Source: Syntrophorhabdaceae bacterium
GTDB lineage: Bacteria; Desulfobacterota; Syntrophorhabdia; Syntrophorhabdales; Syntrophorhabdaceae
Length of the DNA: 64,000 bases
Direction: 5' to 3'
NCBI GenBank assembly: GCA_963665295.1
Contig: OY762209.1
Location: 704,001 to 768,000, forward strand
This document shows positions 32,055 through 42,478 of this stretch, in pieces. Positions within the stretch are counted from its first letter, which is position 1. Each line of letters opens with the position of its first letter. The position numbers and the translations under genes were made by a program. The notes below the pieces were generated by a model. That model saw only the letters and a list, made by a program, of their open reading frames with translations, was not told the origin of the DNA and did no database searches.

Positions 32055-33614
32055 TTACTTCTTTGCCGGGAACAGCTTGTCGAGGAGTTCCTTTGATGGC
32101 GGCTGTGTCATAAGGCTCACGCCGAAATAAAGGACCACGCATCCACCGACCAGAATCCACTCCATGGTGCCCATGCCGAGGAGTGCGGGTTTCCGTGCAA
32201 GCACTGCCCAGCCTCCCCACAGCGTGGCGATGGTGCCGTAAATTACTGTGCAGATGGCGCCCCACTTCGTCGCCCGTTTCCAGTAGTAGGAGACTGCGGT
32301 GATGAAGAAGAATATGGCTCCAAGCCCCATTGCTGCCAGACCCATGAAGACTGCCAGAAGCTCCGGCGGTTTCTTCAGCGTCCAGTAGAAGGGGAGGAAG
32401 AGAAAGAGGGCAATAAGGAAGTATCCGAGGTTAACCATTGACTTGTCCGATGTCTTGGGCGACCACAGTTTTATAATGTCTCTCGTCACGTTCGCGCTCA
32501 TGATGAAAACCAGGGCCGAAAGTGTGCCGAGAGCAGCCCCGATGAGACCGGTGAGGTACGCGGCAAGAAGACCGGAACCACCGATAGCCCAGGAGAGCAT
32601 GGGTGCGGCAAGGTCAGCGCCCCACTGCTTGTTCGCAAGCAGGTTCTGACCGAAAATTATCCTGGCCACAAGGCCGTTGCTTGAGCAGTCGAGCATGACG
32701 GGAACGCCCGCCGTCAGCCAGACGATGAAGCACAAGAGGATGAATTCCCTCTTGGACAACGATTTCATGCCGAGAAACCGGCTTACGTTGTGAGGGAAAC
32801 CGACTGCCATGGTGAAGAAAATAACAGGCGTCGCGGCGATACCCACCCAGCTTGAGAAGAGCTGGGTTATCCCAATTTTGGGAAGAGACGGGTTAATGAG
32901 CCCGATAAGGTTCGGGTCCTGTACGAACAGGTCCTGGGTTATCTTAGTAAAACCTCCGGCATAGACGATTGCCCATATGCCGAGAAGGGCTCCCACAAAT
33001 CCAAGGAACGCACCCTTCACCGCGATGAACCACTGGGTCCCCATGTACCCGCCAAGGACAAGGAACAGCCAGGCTATACAAACGCAGATCAGAAGGCACC
33101 AGACTGCAGGGAGACCGGTAACCGCGTACCACACGGCGCCTGCCGCCTTAAGCTGGCCTACTGAGTAAATAAAGAGAAAAAAGAGCATACTCGCAGCGAC
33201 CAGTGTCTGAAGCCCTCTTGATTCAAACCTTCTACCGATGGACTCGGATATTGTGGCAGCTCCCAGTTTAACCGCGAACTCCCTTGTCTTCGTGGCAGCA
33301 AGCCACACACAGGGGATAATGCCCAATAGAGTCCAGATGCCCGCAAACCACATTCCCGAAAACCCTACCTTATAGACAACTGCCGTGGAGCCACAGAAGG
33401 CCCACCCGGAGATGTAGGAACCCGTCAGCGCTAGCCCTGTGACCCACGGTCCTATATCCCTTTTACCTACAAGGTATTCGTCGAAAGACGCCCACTGTTT
33501 CTTTGCCATGATGCCGAGAAAAATTGCTACCGCCAATAAGCAGCCGACTCCTATTACGGACCAGAAGATCATGCTTGGCGTAGGTGATGGGATGTTCAGA
33601 TATTGCGGATTCAT
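32055..33614 (-). CDS. Sodium:solute symporter (PutP/PanF-like)
   Basis: EYLVGKR, SYISGWAFCG, GFPHNVSRF; many TMs. Confidence 0.88.
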   Translation of the reverse strand: MNPQYLNIPSPTPSMIFWSVIGVGCLLAVAIFLGIMAKKQWASFDEYLVGKRDIGPWVTGLALTGSYISGWAFCGSTAVVYKVGFSGMWFAGIWTLLGIIPCVWLAATKTREFAVKLGAATISESIGRRFESRGLQTLVAASMLFFLFIYSVGQLKAAGAVWYAVTGLPAVWCLLICVCIAWLFLVLGGYMGTQWFIAVKGAFLGFVGALLGIWAIVYAGGFTKITQDLFVQDPNLIGLINPSLPKIGITQLFSSWVGIAATPVIFFTMAVGFPHNVSRFLGMKSLSKREFILLCFIVWLTAGVPVMLDCSSNGLVARIIFGQNLLANKQWGADLAAPMLSWAIGGSGLLAAYLTGLIGAALGTLSALVFIMSANVTRDIIKLWSPKTSDKSMVNLGYFLIALFLFLPFYWTLKKPPELLAVFMGLAAMGLGAIFFFITAVSYYWKRATKWGAICTVIYGTIATLWGGWAVLARKPALLGMGTMEWILVGGCVVLYFGVSLMTQPPSKELLDKLFPAKK

Positions 33615-33718
33615 TTATCCCACCCCCGCGCGATCAACCATGTGCCTATTACCGTCATGAAGAACGTGCCGACCATTATTCCACCCCAAACATACCAGGC
33701 TGTCATATCAGGCTGCAT
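33611..33718 (-). CDS. 35-aa single-TM peptide, probable SSS accessory subunit
   Basis: RBS ggggagg; MQPDMTAWYVWGGIMVGTFFMTVIGTWLIARGWDK; ATGA overlap with the SSS start. Confidence 0.7.
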   Translation of the reverse strand: MQPDMTAWYVWGGIMVGTFFMTVIGTWLIARGWDK

Positions 33719-34200
33719 AAATAACCTCCCCTTTTTGTTTTTTTCGCAAAAAACGAACCTGTGATCTCACCCCCTTTCTGCTTTTTATTTGATTAAACGA
33801 ACACTTCTGAAACCCAACATAGTAAAAGAGTAGTCTTTGTCGAAAATCCTTTACTATCAAAACCCCCAATCCCCCAGTGTATCTTATAGTTATGTATAGT
33901 TTTATCTCAGAAAATGTCAACAACAAAATTGAGTTCAAGGGCCTGATTTACTTCGTTATTCAAAACAAGTTGTTGATTGTATTGGAAAAATAGTACTTCT
34001 CAAATTTGTATACAGTATCAACTAATTCCTGCATCCAGCCCCGTCAAACAAGCCTAAACCCCCGTCTGAAGCCGTCAAAAGCCCACACTGTATCCAGAAA
34101 AAGAGGCGCCGGGAAGGAGCCCCAAAGGCCCGAGCCGGACGGTCTGTTACTCCCCGTCCGGTGGTGTGCTGTGCCGTGGAATGATGCGACGATGCAAGCC

Positions 34201-34326
34201 GAATCCGGTCGAAGTCTTTCGCAAATCTAGGCAACAAGCGAGAGATCCCGCAAGCGTACTATTTCGTACGCTGAGGACAGGTCTCGCGCAGGCAACGACG
34301 AGTTGCGGAAGAATCCGACCGGATTC
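34201..34326. repeat. Palindromic REP/MITE-like element
   Basis: Terminal IR gaatccggtcg / cgaccggattc; central agcgtac...gtacgct. Confidence 0.5.
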
Positions 34327-37300
34327 AAAGGCGAACGGAGATGATTTTGGATATACCTTCCTCTTCCATAGTCACCCCATAAATCGTATCGGAGGCTTCC
34401 ATGGTGATCCTGTTGTGGGTGATAAAGACTATCTGGGTCTTCGCACTCATTCCCCTTACGATCTCCATGAGGGACATGAGGTTCGCGTCGTCGAGGGGCG
34501 CGTCGATTTCATCCATGAGCACGAAAGGGCTCGGTCTCGTATCGATGAGAGACAGAAGAAACGAGAGGGAGATGAGGGCCTTCTCGCCGCCTGAAAGCTG
34601 CTCCATCCTCGCCACTTTCTTTCCCGGGGGCTGGACGTACATGTCGATCCCGTCGGTCTCATGATTGTAGTGGAGATAGCCCTTGCCCCCTTTGAACAGG
34701 GTCTCCGTGAACCGTTTGAAGGCGGTGTTCACCGTTTCAAAGGTCTCGAAGAAGATCTCCTTCGTCACGTTCTCGATTTTTGCGATGGTCTTCTTCAGGG
34801 AATCGGCGGCGTTCTTCAGGTCTTCCTTCTGCTGTTCCAGGAAGGATATTCTTTCCTTCAGTTCGAGGTACTCTTTCTCGGCCCGGAAATTGACCTCTCC
34901 GATGGCCTCGATTTCCTTCGTGATCTTTTCCCGCTCCGTCTCGAAATCGGTGCCCCCGGGCGTGTTGAGGTCCGCCGGGTCCTCTATGCCGTGGCCGTCT
35001 TTCAATCTCTCGTCCACGATGTTTCTCTTTTCCATGAGCACGAGTATCTCTTTTTCCACGCCATCGGTCCTCGCCCTTATCCGTCCCATTTCTTTGGACA
35101 GGGCCTCGCTCTTCTCCTCGAGGGCGCTCCTTTCCATGTGGATGTTCCCCGAGGTCGCCTTCAGTTCCTCGTACCGGTGGACCTGCTTTTCCAGGGCCTC
35201 CTTCAGGTCGAGGTATCCCTGCTCCAGGGCCGCCTTCTTTTCCGTCCTCTCTCCTGCCCGGGCCCCTGCTTCCTCCACCCTTTTCAGGATGTGGGTTTTC
35301 TCGTTGGCCAGGTTTCCCGCAAGGGATTTCTTCCTTTCCCCTTCCTGGACGAGGGACCTGATGAGGTTCTTCTTTCTCTCGATGCCGAGGCTCGCCTGAT
35401 GCCACCCCGAGAGGGTATCGTCATGCACCTTTTTTACGGAATCGACCTTTTCCTTCAGGGATGCCATGGCCTTCTCGATTTTTTCCTTTTCGGCCCCGTG
35501 CACCGCCTGGTCGGCGAGAAGCTCCTCCCTGGAAGGTCCGGCCGTTGCCTCATCATGGAAATCGACCTTCGTTTCAAGCTCGTAAAGTCGCTCCCTCACG
35601 GTCCTCAGCTCCGTTTCTATGGCTACCGCCTCCCGTTCGAGGCCGTGAATCCTTTTCTCCTTCCCTTCCCTTCTTGCCGTCGCGTCCCTCAGGCGCGTCT
35701 CCGACCGGGCCCGGCCCGCCTCGACGTCTTTCAGTGTGGCCGACTCTGCGTCCAGGGTCCCGGTAATCTCCTTCAATTCCTTTTCGGCCTTGACCCTCTC
35801 CCTGTAGCTCTTGAGATCGACCTTTTTCGCCTCTTTCTCTCTGAGGATAAAGCCCCTCGAATCGACGCACGCGCCATTATTGATGAATATGCCGTGCTCG
35901 CCCCCGTGTATCCGGTGGAGGGCCTCTTCCACGGTCTCCACCCATTTTACTTCCATGCGGATATCGTGTTCATTGCGCCTGAATATGCCCTGGGGCGGGA
36001 AAAAGATGTAGTTGCCCTCATGTTTCCCCACTGCCCCGGCGATGGCTCCCACGTCGTTTTCCGTGAGCACGTAATATTCCATTTCCTTGAAGAAGAAACG
36101 TTCGAGGGCCTTCTCCGCGTTCTCCGCGACCCTTACCACATCGATGAGCTTGCTCCTGTTGAGGGGGTTTTCTTCCCGCACACCCTGAAGGCTTCGCATC
36201 TGGCGTATGAATTCCTCTTTCCCTCTTCTGGCGCCTTTCAGTTGCTCGATCCTGTTCCTCTTCTGCTGGAACGCGGCAAGGGCCTCCTCCTTTTCCTTGA
36301 GGGCGGACTGCTCCTCCAACGCGATGGCCTGTCTTTCACTTCTCTCCTTTTCGAGGGTTTCTTTCAGCGCCCCGTGTTTGTCCTCCAGGGCCTCCAGCTT
36401 CTCCCCGAGCCTCGCGAGCTCGGCTTGCCTTCTTTCTTCTCTCTTCTTTCTTTCAGTCTCTATGCGCTCTATTTCGGCAAGACCGTTCTTTATCTCCGTG
36501 AGCCTGCTCATGGAGACGAAAAGGGTGACCCGCTCTTCTTCTATCTTCTTCTGCAGTCCCTCAAGCTCTTCCTTCAACGCCGAGACTGCGCCTTTTATGC
36601 GACCTTCCTCATCTTCTTCCTTTTTTAAGAGCCCTTCTTCCTCCGCTTTCTTCACTTCCAGGGCGCTCGCCTCGCGGCCGAGGCCCGCAATCCGGCCTTC
36701 GAGGTCCGCCTTCTGCTTCATCAGTTGGGCCTTCTCGGCCATGAGCCTCGTTTCCTCTTCTTTCAGGTACTCTATTTCGAGGAGCCTCGCCTCCATGTCC
36801 TTTTCCTGGCCCTTTATATCGACCTCAAGCTTTCTCACCGCCTGATCGACGAGAGAAAATTCCTCTTCCTTCAACTCCTGCTCGGCCTTGAGGTTCCTCG
36901 CTTCTTCCTCCTTCTTGTCCATCTCCTTCTTAAGGTCGATCCCACGCTCCTCAACCTTGCCGATCCTCTTCGTGAGCTTCTGGAACCCGTCCACGAGTAT
37001 CCACTTTTCGACCTCGCTCAACCGTTCCGCAAGGACCCGGTATTCCTTCCACCTTTCCCATTCCTGCTCGGCCTTTTCGAAGCCCTTCCCTACCTCGCGG
37101 TATACGTCCTCCACCCTCTCCAGGTTGAGGGCCACCTCTTCAAGGCGCGTGCCCGCGTCTCTCTTCTTTTCCTCGAACCGTGTGACCCCGCTCGTCTCCT
37201 CGACGACGATCTTTCTCTCCTGGGGCTTCATCTGGATGAAATATTCGATCTTTCCCTGTTCTATTATGGCGTAGGAGTTCGTGCCGATGCCCGTGCCTAG

Positions 37301-37663
37301 GAAGAAATCCAGCACGTCCTTGAGCCTCACCACCCGGCCGTTGAGATAGTATTCGTTGATGCCGTCCCTGTAGATGCGCCGCTTGACTGCGGTCTCCACG
37401 CCGTCGTCAACGAACTCGATGGCCACTTCTCCCACGTTCACGGGTCTTTTCCCGTTGCTGCCGTGGAAGATCACGTCGCCCATGTCCTTGATTCTCAGGG
37501 ATTTGGTGCCCCTCTCTCCCAAGGCCCACACCACGGCGTCGACTACGTTGCTCTTGCCGCAGCCGTTGGGACCCACGATAGACGTAACACCTTCTGCGAA
37601 ATTGAATACGGTTCTGTTGAGAAAGGATTTGAAGCCGAAAAGCTCCAGCCTTGAAAGTCTCAT
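34325..37663 (-). CDS. smc: Chromosome segregation protein SMC
   Basis: FGFKSF, GPNGCGKSN, long coiled coils, LSGGE, MDEIDAPLD, ITHN. Confidence 0.93.
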   Translation of the reverse strand: MRLSRLELFGFKSFLNRTVFNFAEGVTSIVGPNGCGKSNVVDAVVWALGERGTKSLRIKDMGDVIFHGSNGKRPVNVGEVAIEFVDDGVETAVKRRIYRDGINEYYLNGRVVRLKDVLDFFLGTGIGTNSYAIIEQGKIEYFIQMKPQERKIVVEETSGVTRFEEKKRDAGTRLEEVALNLERVEDVYREVGKGFEKAEQEWERWKEYRVLAERLSEVEKWILVDGFQKLTKRIGKVEERGIDLKKEMDKKEEEARNLKAEQELKEEEFSLVDQAVRKLEVDIKGQEKDMEARLLEIEYLKEEETRLMAEKAQLMKQKADLEGRIAGLGREASALEVKKAEEEGLLKKEEDEEGRIKGAVSALKEELEGLQKKIEEERVTLFVSMSRLTEIKNGLAEIERIETERKKREERRQAELARLGEKLEALEDKHGALKETLEKERSERQAIALEEQSALKEKEEALAAFQQKRNRIEQLKGARRGKEEFIRQMRSLQGVREENPLNRSKLIDVVRVAENAEKALERFFFKEMEYYVLTENDVGAIAGAVGKHEGNYIFFPPQGIFRRNEHDIRMEVKWVETVEEALHRIHGGEHGIFINNGACVDSRGFILREKEAKKVDLKSYRERVKAEKELKEITGTLDAESATLKDVEAGRARSETRLRDATARREGKEKRIHGLEREAVAIETELRTVRERLYELETKVDFHDEATAGPSREELLADQAVHGAEKEKIEKAMASLKEKVDSVKKVHDDTLSGWHQASLGIERKKNLIRSLVQEGERKKSLAGNLANEKTHILKRVEEAGARAGERTEKKAALEQGYLDLKEALEKQVHRYEELKATSGNIHMERSALEEKSEALSKEMGRIRARTDGVEKEILVLMEKRNIVDERLKDGHGIEDPADLNTPGGTDFETEREKITKEIEAIGEVNFRAEKEYLELKERISFLEQQKEDLKNAADSLKKTIAKIENVTKEIFFETFETVNTAFKRFTETLFKGGKGYLHYNHETDGIDMYVQPPGKKVARMEQLSGGEKALISLSFLLSLIDTRPSPFVLMDEIDAPLDDANLMSLMEIVRGMSAKTQIVFITHNRITMEASDTIYGVTMEEEGISKIISVRL

Positions 37664-39057
37664 TTAATCGAGTCTATTGCCTCGCGTATGCGCTTTTCCA
37701 CGGCCTCTTTTCCCAGAATGGCGATAACCTCGAATATGCCGGGGCTCACGGTCCTGCCTGTCAGGGCGACCCTGATGGGCTGGGCCACGCCCACGAGTTT
37801 CTTGTTCTCTTCTTTGGCGATCCGTTCCACGAGGATCCGCTGCTCTTCCACGTCGAGGGACGGGAGGGCCTCGAACCCGGCAAGGAAGCTCACAAGAACG
37901 GGCTTCGTTTCCGCGGTGAGGAACTTGGCCTTTGCCGCCTCGTCGTACTCCACCTTATCGGTAAAATAGATCGAGGCCATCCCCGCCATCTCCTTCAGGG
38001 TCTTTGCCCTTTCCTTGAGGTTGGCCACCACGGATATAAGCTTGGCCCGATCGGCCTGTACATCGATCCCCATTTCCCTGAGGAAGGGCGTGAGTCTCTC
38101 CGCCACGGTAGCTTCGGGCAGGGTCTTCATATAGTGGCCGTTGAGCCAGGTAAGTTTGTCCATGTCAAAGATCGACGGCGACTTGCCCACGTTCCCGAGA
38201 TCGAAAAACTCCATCATCTCTTCCCGGGAGAATATCTCCTGGTCCCCGTAAGCCCAGCCGAGTCTCGCCAGATAGTTCATGAAGGCCTCCGGATGAAACC
38301 CGTCGTCCTTGTAGTCGATAAGGTTCGTCGCCCCGTGCCTCTTCGAGAGCCTGGCTTTGTCCTTACCGTGGATAAGGGGCATGTGGCCGAAACGAGGTAT
38401 GGGGTATCCCAGGGCCTCGTAGATCACGATCTGCCTCGGGGTGTTGTTGATGTGGTCATCGCCCCTCAGAATATGGGTAATCCCCATAAGGGCGTCGTCC
38501 ACCACCACGGTAAAGTTGTAGGTGGGCGTGTTGTCGGTCCGGAAGATCACGAGGTCGTCAAGCTCCTCCGCCTGAAAGCTGATCGGTCCCCGGATAAGGT
38601 CATCAAAGGTGATCGTGCCCGTTATGGGCGTTTTAAAGCGTATCACAAAGGGCCTGCCGTCATCCGGCGACGGGGCCGCATCCCTGCACGTCCTGTCATA
38701 GGCGGGTTTCTTCCCCTGTCCCATGGCGATCTTCCGTTTTTCCTCAAGCTCCTCCGACGTGCAGTAACACTTGTAGGCGCGGCCTTCGTCAAGAAGCTTG
38801 TACGCAAGCTCCCTGTAGAGGTCCATTCTGTCTTTCTGATAATATGGTCCCTCGTCCCAGTCGATGCCGAGCCATTCCATGCCGTCCAGAATGGCCTTCA
38901 CATACTCATCTTTCGACCTCTCCACATCCGTATCTTCTATCCGGAGCACGAAGACCCCCTTGTTGTGCCGGGCAAAAAGCCAGTTGAAAAGGGCCGTTCT
39001 CGCCCCCCCTATGTGGAGATTTCCTGTGGGACTCGGTGCAAACCTTGTTTTAACCAT
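37660..39057 (-). CDS. gltX: Glutamate--tRNA ligase
   Basis: RFAPSPTGNLHIGG, LRIEDTD, RLSKRHGA. Confidence 0.96.
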   Translation of the reverse strand: MVKTRFAPSPTGNLHIGGARTALFNWLFARHNKGVFVLRIEDTDVERSKDEYVKAILDGMEWLGIDWDEGPYYQKDRMDLYRELAYKLLDEGRAYKCYCTSEELEEKRKIAMGQGKKPAYDRTCRDAAPSPDDGRPFVIRFKTPITGTITFDDLIRGPISFQAEELDDLVIFRTDNTPTYNFTVVVDDALMGITHILRGDDHINNTPRQIVIYEALGYPIPRFGHMPLIHGKDKARLSKRHGATNLIDYKDDGFHPEAFMNYLARLGWAYGDQEIFSREEMMEFFDLGNVGKSPSIFDMDKLTWLNGHYMKTLPEATVAERLTPFLREMGIDVQADRAKLISVVANLKERAKTLKEMAGMASIYFTDKVEYDEAAKAKFLTAETKPVLVSFLAGFEALPSLDVEEQRILVERIAKEENKKLVGVAQPIRVALTGRTVSPGIFEVIAILGKEAVEKRIREAIDSIK

Positions 39058-39411
39058 AATTATTCCCTCCGATCAGACTCCTGTGATTATAATCCGAAAA
39101 CAGCGGATAATTCAATGATTAAGGTCCCGGCCCCCTTTGCAGGGAACCGGCGCGGCAGGTCCCGGCCCGCCCCCCAATTATACTACCGCCCCGATCCTTT
39201 CAAACCGATCCCCCGGTAGCGCCGCGCCCGGAAAGCGGGCATGGGTGGCTATGGACCTGTCAACCAGAATCGCGGACCTTTCCTCCCGGCCGCTTTCCGG
39301 TATTATCATTGAATAAACGGTTCTTGTGTGATAGAAATAAGTGAGATAGATAGAGGTTATAATGAAATGCCGCGACACACTCACAGGAATAAATCAAGGC
39401 GGGTATAAGAG

Positions 39412-40803
39412 ATGAACCAACTTCTCCGGAAGATACCGAAAGTCGACGAAGTGCTCAAGGCCCCGGGATGGGCCGAACTGGTGGATACCTATCCGGAAAT
39501 CCCGGCCAAGGAAGCTCTCAGGACCTTTCTCGACCAGCTCCGGTCCGGCATACGGGAGGGCACGGTCGCCTCGATCCCCCCGATAGACGCCATCGTCGGA
39601 GAGGTCCGCCGGATGGTCGTTCGCGAGACGTCACCCTCTTTGAAAAGGGTCATCAACGGCACGGGCGTCATCATCCATACGAACCTCGGAAGGTCCCTCC
39701 TTGCCCGGGAAGCGGTGGAAGCCATTACCAACGCGGCCACAAATTACGTGAACCTCGAATATGACCTCGGCGAAGGGACAAGGGGCAACAGGTACGAGCA
39801 TTGCACCTCCGTGCTGAAGAAACTCACGGGCTGCGAGAGCGCCCTCGTGGTGAACAACAACGCAGGAGCCGTTTTCCTCGTGCTCAACACCCTGGCCGAA
39901 GGCAAAAAGGTCATCATTTCGAGAGGTGAACTCGTTGAAATCGGGGGCTCTTTCAGGATCCCCGACGTGATGAAGAAGAGCGGCGCCATACTCACCGAAG
40001 TGGGCACCACCAACAGGACCTACAAGCAGGACTATGAGCGCGCCATGGGCGAAGGGGCCGGTCTTCTTATGAAGGCCCATACCAGCAACTACAGGATCAA
40101 GGGCTTCGTCCGGGAGATCCTTGTGGAAGAACTGGTCGCCCTCGGGAGGGATTACAGCGTCCCCACCTATTTCGACGCGGGAAGCGGGCTTCTCTTCTCC
40201 ATGAGCGGGTTGAGTTCTCACGATGAGCCCGTTATCGTGGAAGACCTCGCGAAAGGCATCGATATTATTTCCTTCAGCGGCGACAAGCTGCCGGGCGCAC
40301 CACAGGCAGGCATCATAGTGGGCAAGACGGAATACATCGACGCCATGAAGAGGAACCCCCTTGCGCGGGCCTTAAGGGCCGACAAACTCACCCTCGCCGG
40401 GCTCGAAGCCACCCTGCTCCTCTACCTCGACGAAAAGAAAGCGAAAACCGCCATACCTACCCTCAAAATGCTCTTTGAAGACAAGGAAGCGCTGAAGAAG
40501 AAAGCCGTCCGCATGGTGCGGATATTGAAAGGCCACTCCCCCGACTGCGCGGTGTCCGTCGCAGAGATGGCTTCCGAGGTGGGAGGCGGGACCATGCCCG
40601 ATGTGTCCATACCCTCCTTCGGCATTACCCTGAAACCTGCCCGGCTGAGCGCCCGGCAGTTCGAGGAGCGGCTGAGACGGCTCGAAATCCCCGTTATCGG
40701 CCGGATCGAAAAAGACGCTTTTCTTATCGATATGAGAACTATCCGGAAAAGCGACGAAGAGGCACTTATCTCCGGGATCGAAACCGCCCTCGCGAATGAA
40801 TAA
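39412..40803 (+). CDS. selA: L-seryl-tRNA(Sec) selenium transferase
   Basis: VINGTGVIIHTNLGRS, VNNNAGA, SRGELVEIGGSFRIPD, EVGTTN, FSGDKL. Confidence 0.96.
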   Translation: MNQLLRKIPKVDEVLKAPGWAELVDTYPEIPAKEALRTFLDQLRSGIREGTVASIPPIDAIVGEVRRMVVRETSPSLKRVINGTGVIIHTNLGRSLLAREAVEAITNAATNYVNLEYDLGEGTRGNRYEHCTSVLKKLTGCESALVVNNNAGAVFLVLNTLAEGKKVIISRGELVEIGGSFRIPDVMKKSGAILTEVGTTNRTYKQDYERAMGEGAGLLMKAHTSNYRIKGFVREILVEELVALGRDYSVPTYFDAGSGLLFSMSGLSSHDEPVIVEDLAKGIDIISFSGDKLPGAPQAGIIVGKTEYIDAMKRNPLARALRADKLTLAGLEATLLLYLDEKKAKTAIPTLKMLFEDKEALKKKAVRMVRILKGHSPDCAVSVAEMASEVGGGTMPDVSIPSFGITLKPARLSARQFEERLRRLEIPVIGRIEKDAFLIDMRTIRKSDEEALISGIETALANE

Positions 40804-41758
40804 GAAGTTCAGTATCATCGTTGACGAGACCGGCAAACGGCTCGACCTCTTTCTCTCCGAAAGGCTCTCCCTCACGAGGACAAAGGTGAAGGCCATGATA
40901 GAAGGGGGGCATGTGCTCCTCGACGGCAAAGCGCCCAAACCTTCCGCCAAACTCAGAAGCGGCGCCGGCCTCACGGGTGAGATACCCGCGGAGGAACCCC
41001 TCTCCCTCACTCCCGAGGCCATACCCCTCGACGTGCTCTATGAAGACGAGCATATCCTCGCGGTCAACAAACCCGGGGACATGGTGGTGCACCCCTCCTT
41101 CGGCCACAAAGGGGGCACCCTGGTGAACGCCATTCTCGCGTATCTCGGTGAAGCCCGCTCCGCAATCACCGGCCCGGCGACGGCAAGGGAAGATCTTCCA
41201 CCGGACTCCTCCGCGTCCACGGCGCCGGAGTGGCCGAGACCGGGCATCGTGCACCGCCTCGACAAGGGCACCACGGGGGTTATCCTTATTGCGAAGAATA
41301 CGAAGACCCAGGAGACGCTCTCCTCCCTCTTCAAAGACCGCGCCGTGAGAAAGACTTACAGGGCCGTGGTCGAGGGCACAGTGAAGAACAACGAGGGGAC
41401 CATAGAGGGCCGGATAGGCCGGCACCCGGTGGAGAGGAAAAAGATGGCGGTAGTGAAGGAACGGGGCAGAGAGGCGACGACGGGCTACAAGGTCTTAAAG
41501 AGGCTCAAGGATTTCACTTACGTGGAGGCATACCCCAAAACGGGAAGGACCCACCAGATCAGGGTGCACCTCGCCCACATAGGCCACCCCATCGTGGGAG
41601 ACGACGCGTACGGGAAGAAGGCCCGTAACCTCGCGTCACGACCCCTTCTCCACGCATACGCCATCACCTTCAACCACCCCGTGAACGGGAAAGGGGTCGC
41701 CATCACCGCCCCCGTGCCGGAGGACATATTGGAGTTCATTGCCGCCCATGAAATTTGA
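40796..41758 (+). CDS. rluD: RluA/RluD-family pseudouridine synthase
   Basis: S4 domain, VNKPG, HRLDKGTTG, TGRTHQIRVH; followed by pgeF. Confidence 0.88.
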   Translation: MNKKFSIIVDETGKRLDLFLSERLSLTRTKVKAMIEGGHVLLDGKAPKPSAKLRSGAGLTGEIPAEEPLSLTPEAIPLDVLYEDEHILAVNKPGDMVVHPSFGHKGGTLVNAILAYLGEARSAITGPATAREDLPPDSSASTAPEWPRPGIVHRLDKGTTGVILIAKNTKTQETLSSLFKDRAVRKTYRAVVEGTVKNNEGTIEGRIGRHPVERKKMAVVKERGREATTGYKVLKRLKDFTYVEAYPKTGRTHQIRVHLAHIGHPIVGDDAYGKKARNLASRPLLHAYAITFNHPVNGKGVAITAPVPEDILEFIAAHEI

Positions 41759-42455
41759 GCTGAGAAAAAAAGGCGACTGGTCCTACTATTATATGCCCTG
41801 GCTCGAGCAAAGGGGCATTGCCCACGGCTTCTTTACCGGCCTTACCCCTTCCCACAGGATGGAGGGGCAACAGAGGCAGGACTTCCTCGATGCCTTCTCC
41901 CTTCGGGATCTGGTGATCATGGCCCAGGAGCACGGCGACCGGGTCCACGTGGTGGAAAAGGGCGAACGCCCGACCTCCGGCGACGGCATCATCCTCCGGG
42001 AAAAAGGGGTGGCCGGCATCATCAAGACGGCGGATTGCCTTCCCGTCATATTGGCCGAACCCGACCATCCCATGGTGGCCGTGGTCCACGCGGGGTGGCG
42101 CGGCACGGCGCTCAGGATCGTGGGAAAGGCCGTGGCGCGCATGGCGGAACTCGGGGTGGAGAGGAAGAAGATCGTAGCCCTTTTGGGCCCCGCCATAGGA
42201 CCGTGCTGCTATGAGATACAAAAGGACGTGAGAGACATCTTTATCAGAGAAGGATTCTCCTCAAGGGTTGTTCGTGAGGAAAAGGGTCGCCTCACCCTCG
42301 ACATAAAGGAGGCAAATAGGGAGGCCCTGGGGGCGGAAGGAGTGGAGACCATATTCGACGCGGGCCTCTGCACGCTTTGCACGGGCGGCCTCTTTCATTC
42401 CTTTCGAGGGGGCGAGCCGGACAAGCGGCAGATAAACTTTGTCTCTCTTCCGTGA
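41748..42455 (+). CDS. pgeF: PgeF/YfiH-family protein
   Basis: QEHG, TADCLPV, HAGWRG, GPAIGPCCYE, CT..FHSFR. Confidence 0.88.
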   Translation: MKFELRKKGDWSYYYMPWLEQRGIAHGFFTGLTPSHRMEGQQRQDFLDAFSLRDLVIMAQEHGDRVHVVEKGERPTSGDGIILREKGVAGIIKTADCLPVILAEPDHPMVAVVHAGWRGTALRIVGKAVARMAELGVERKKIVALLGPAIGPCCYEIQKDVRDIFIREGFSSRVVREEKGRLTLDIKEANREALGAEGVETIFDAGLCTLCTGGLFHSFRGGEPDKRQINFVSLP

Positions 42456-42478
42456 TAGAGGTATAATTATAGGGAATT

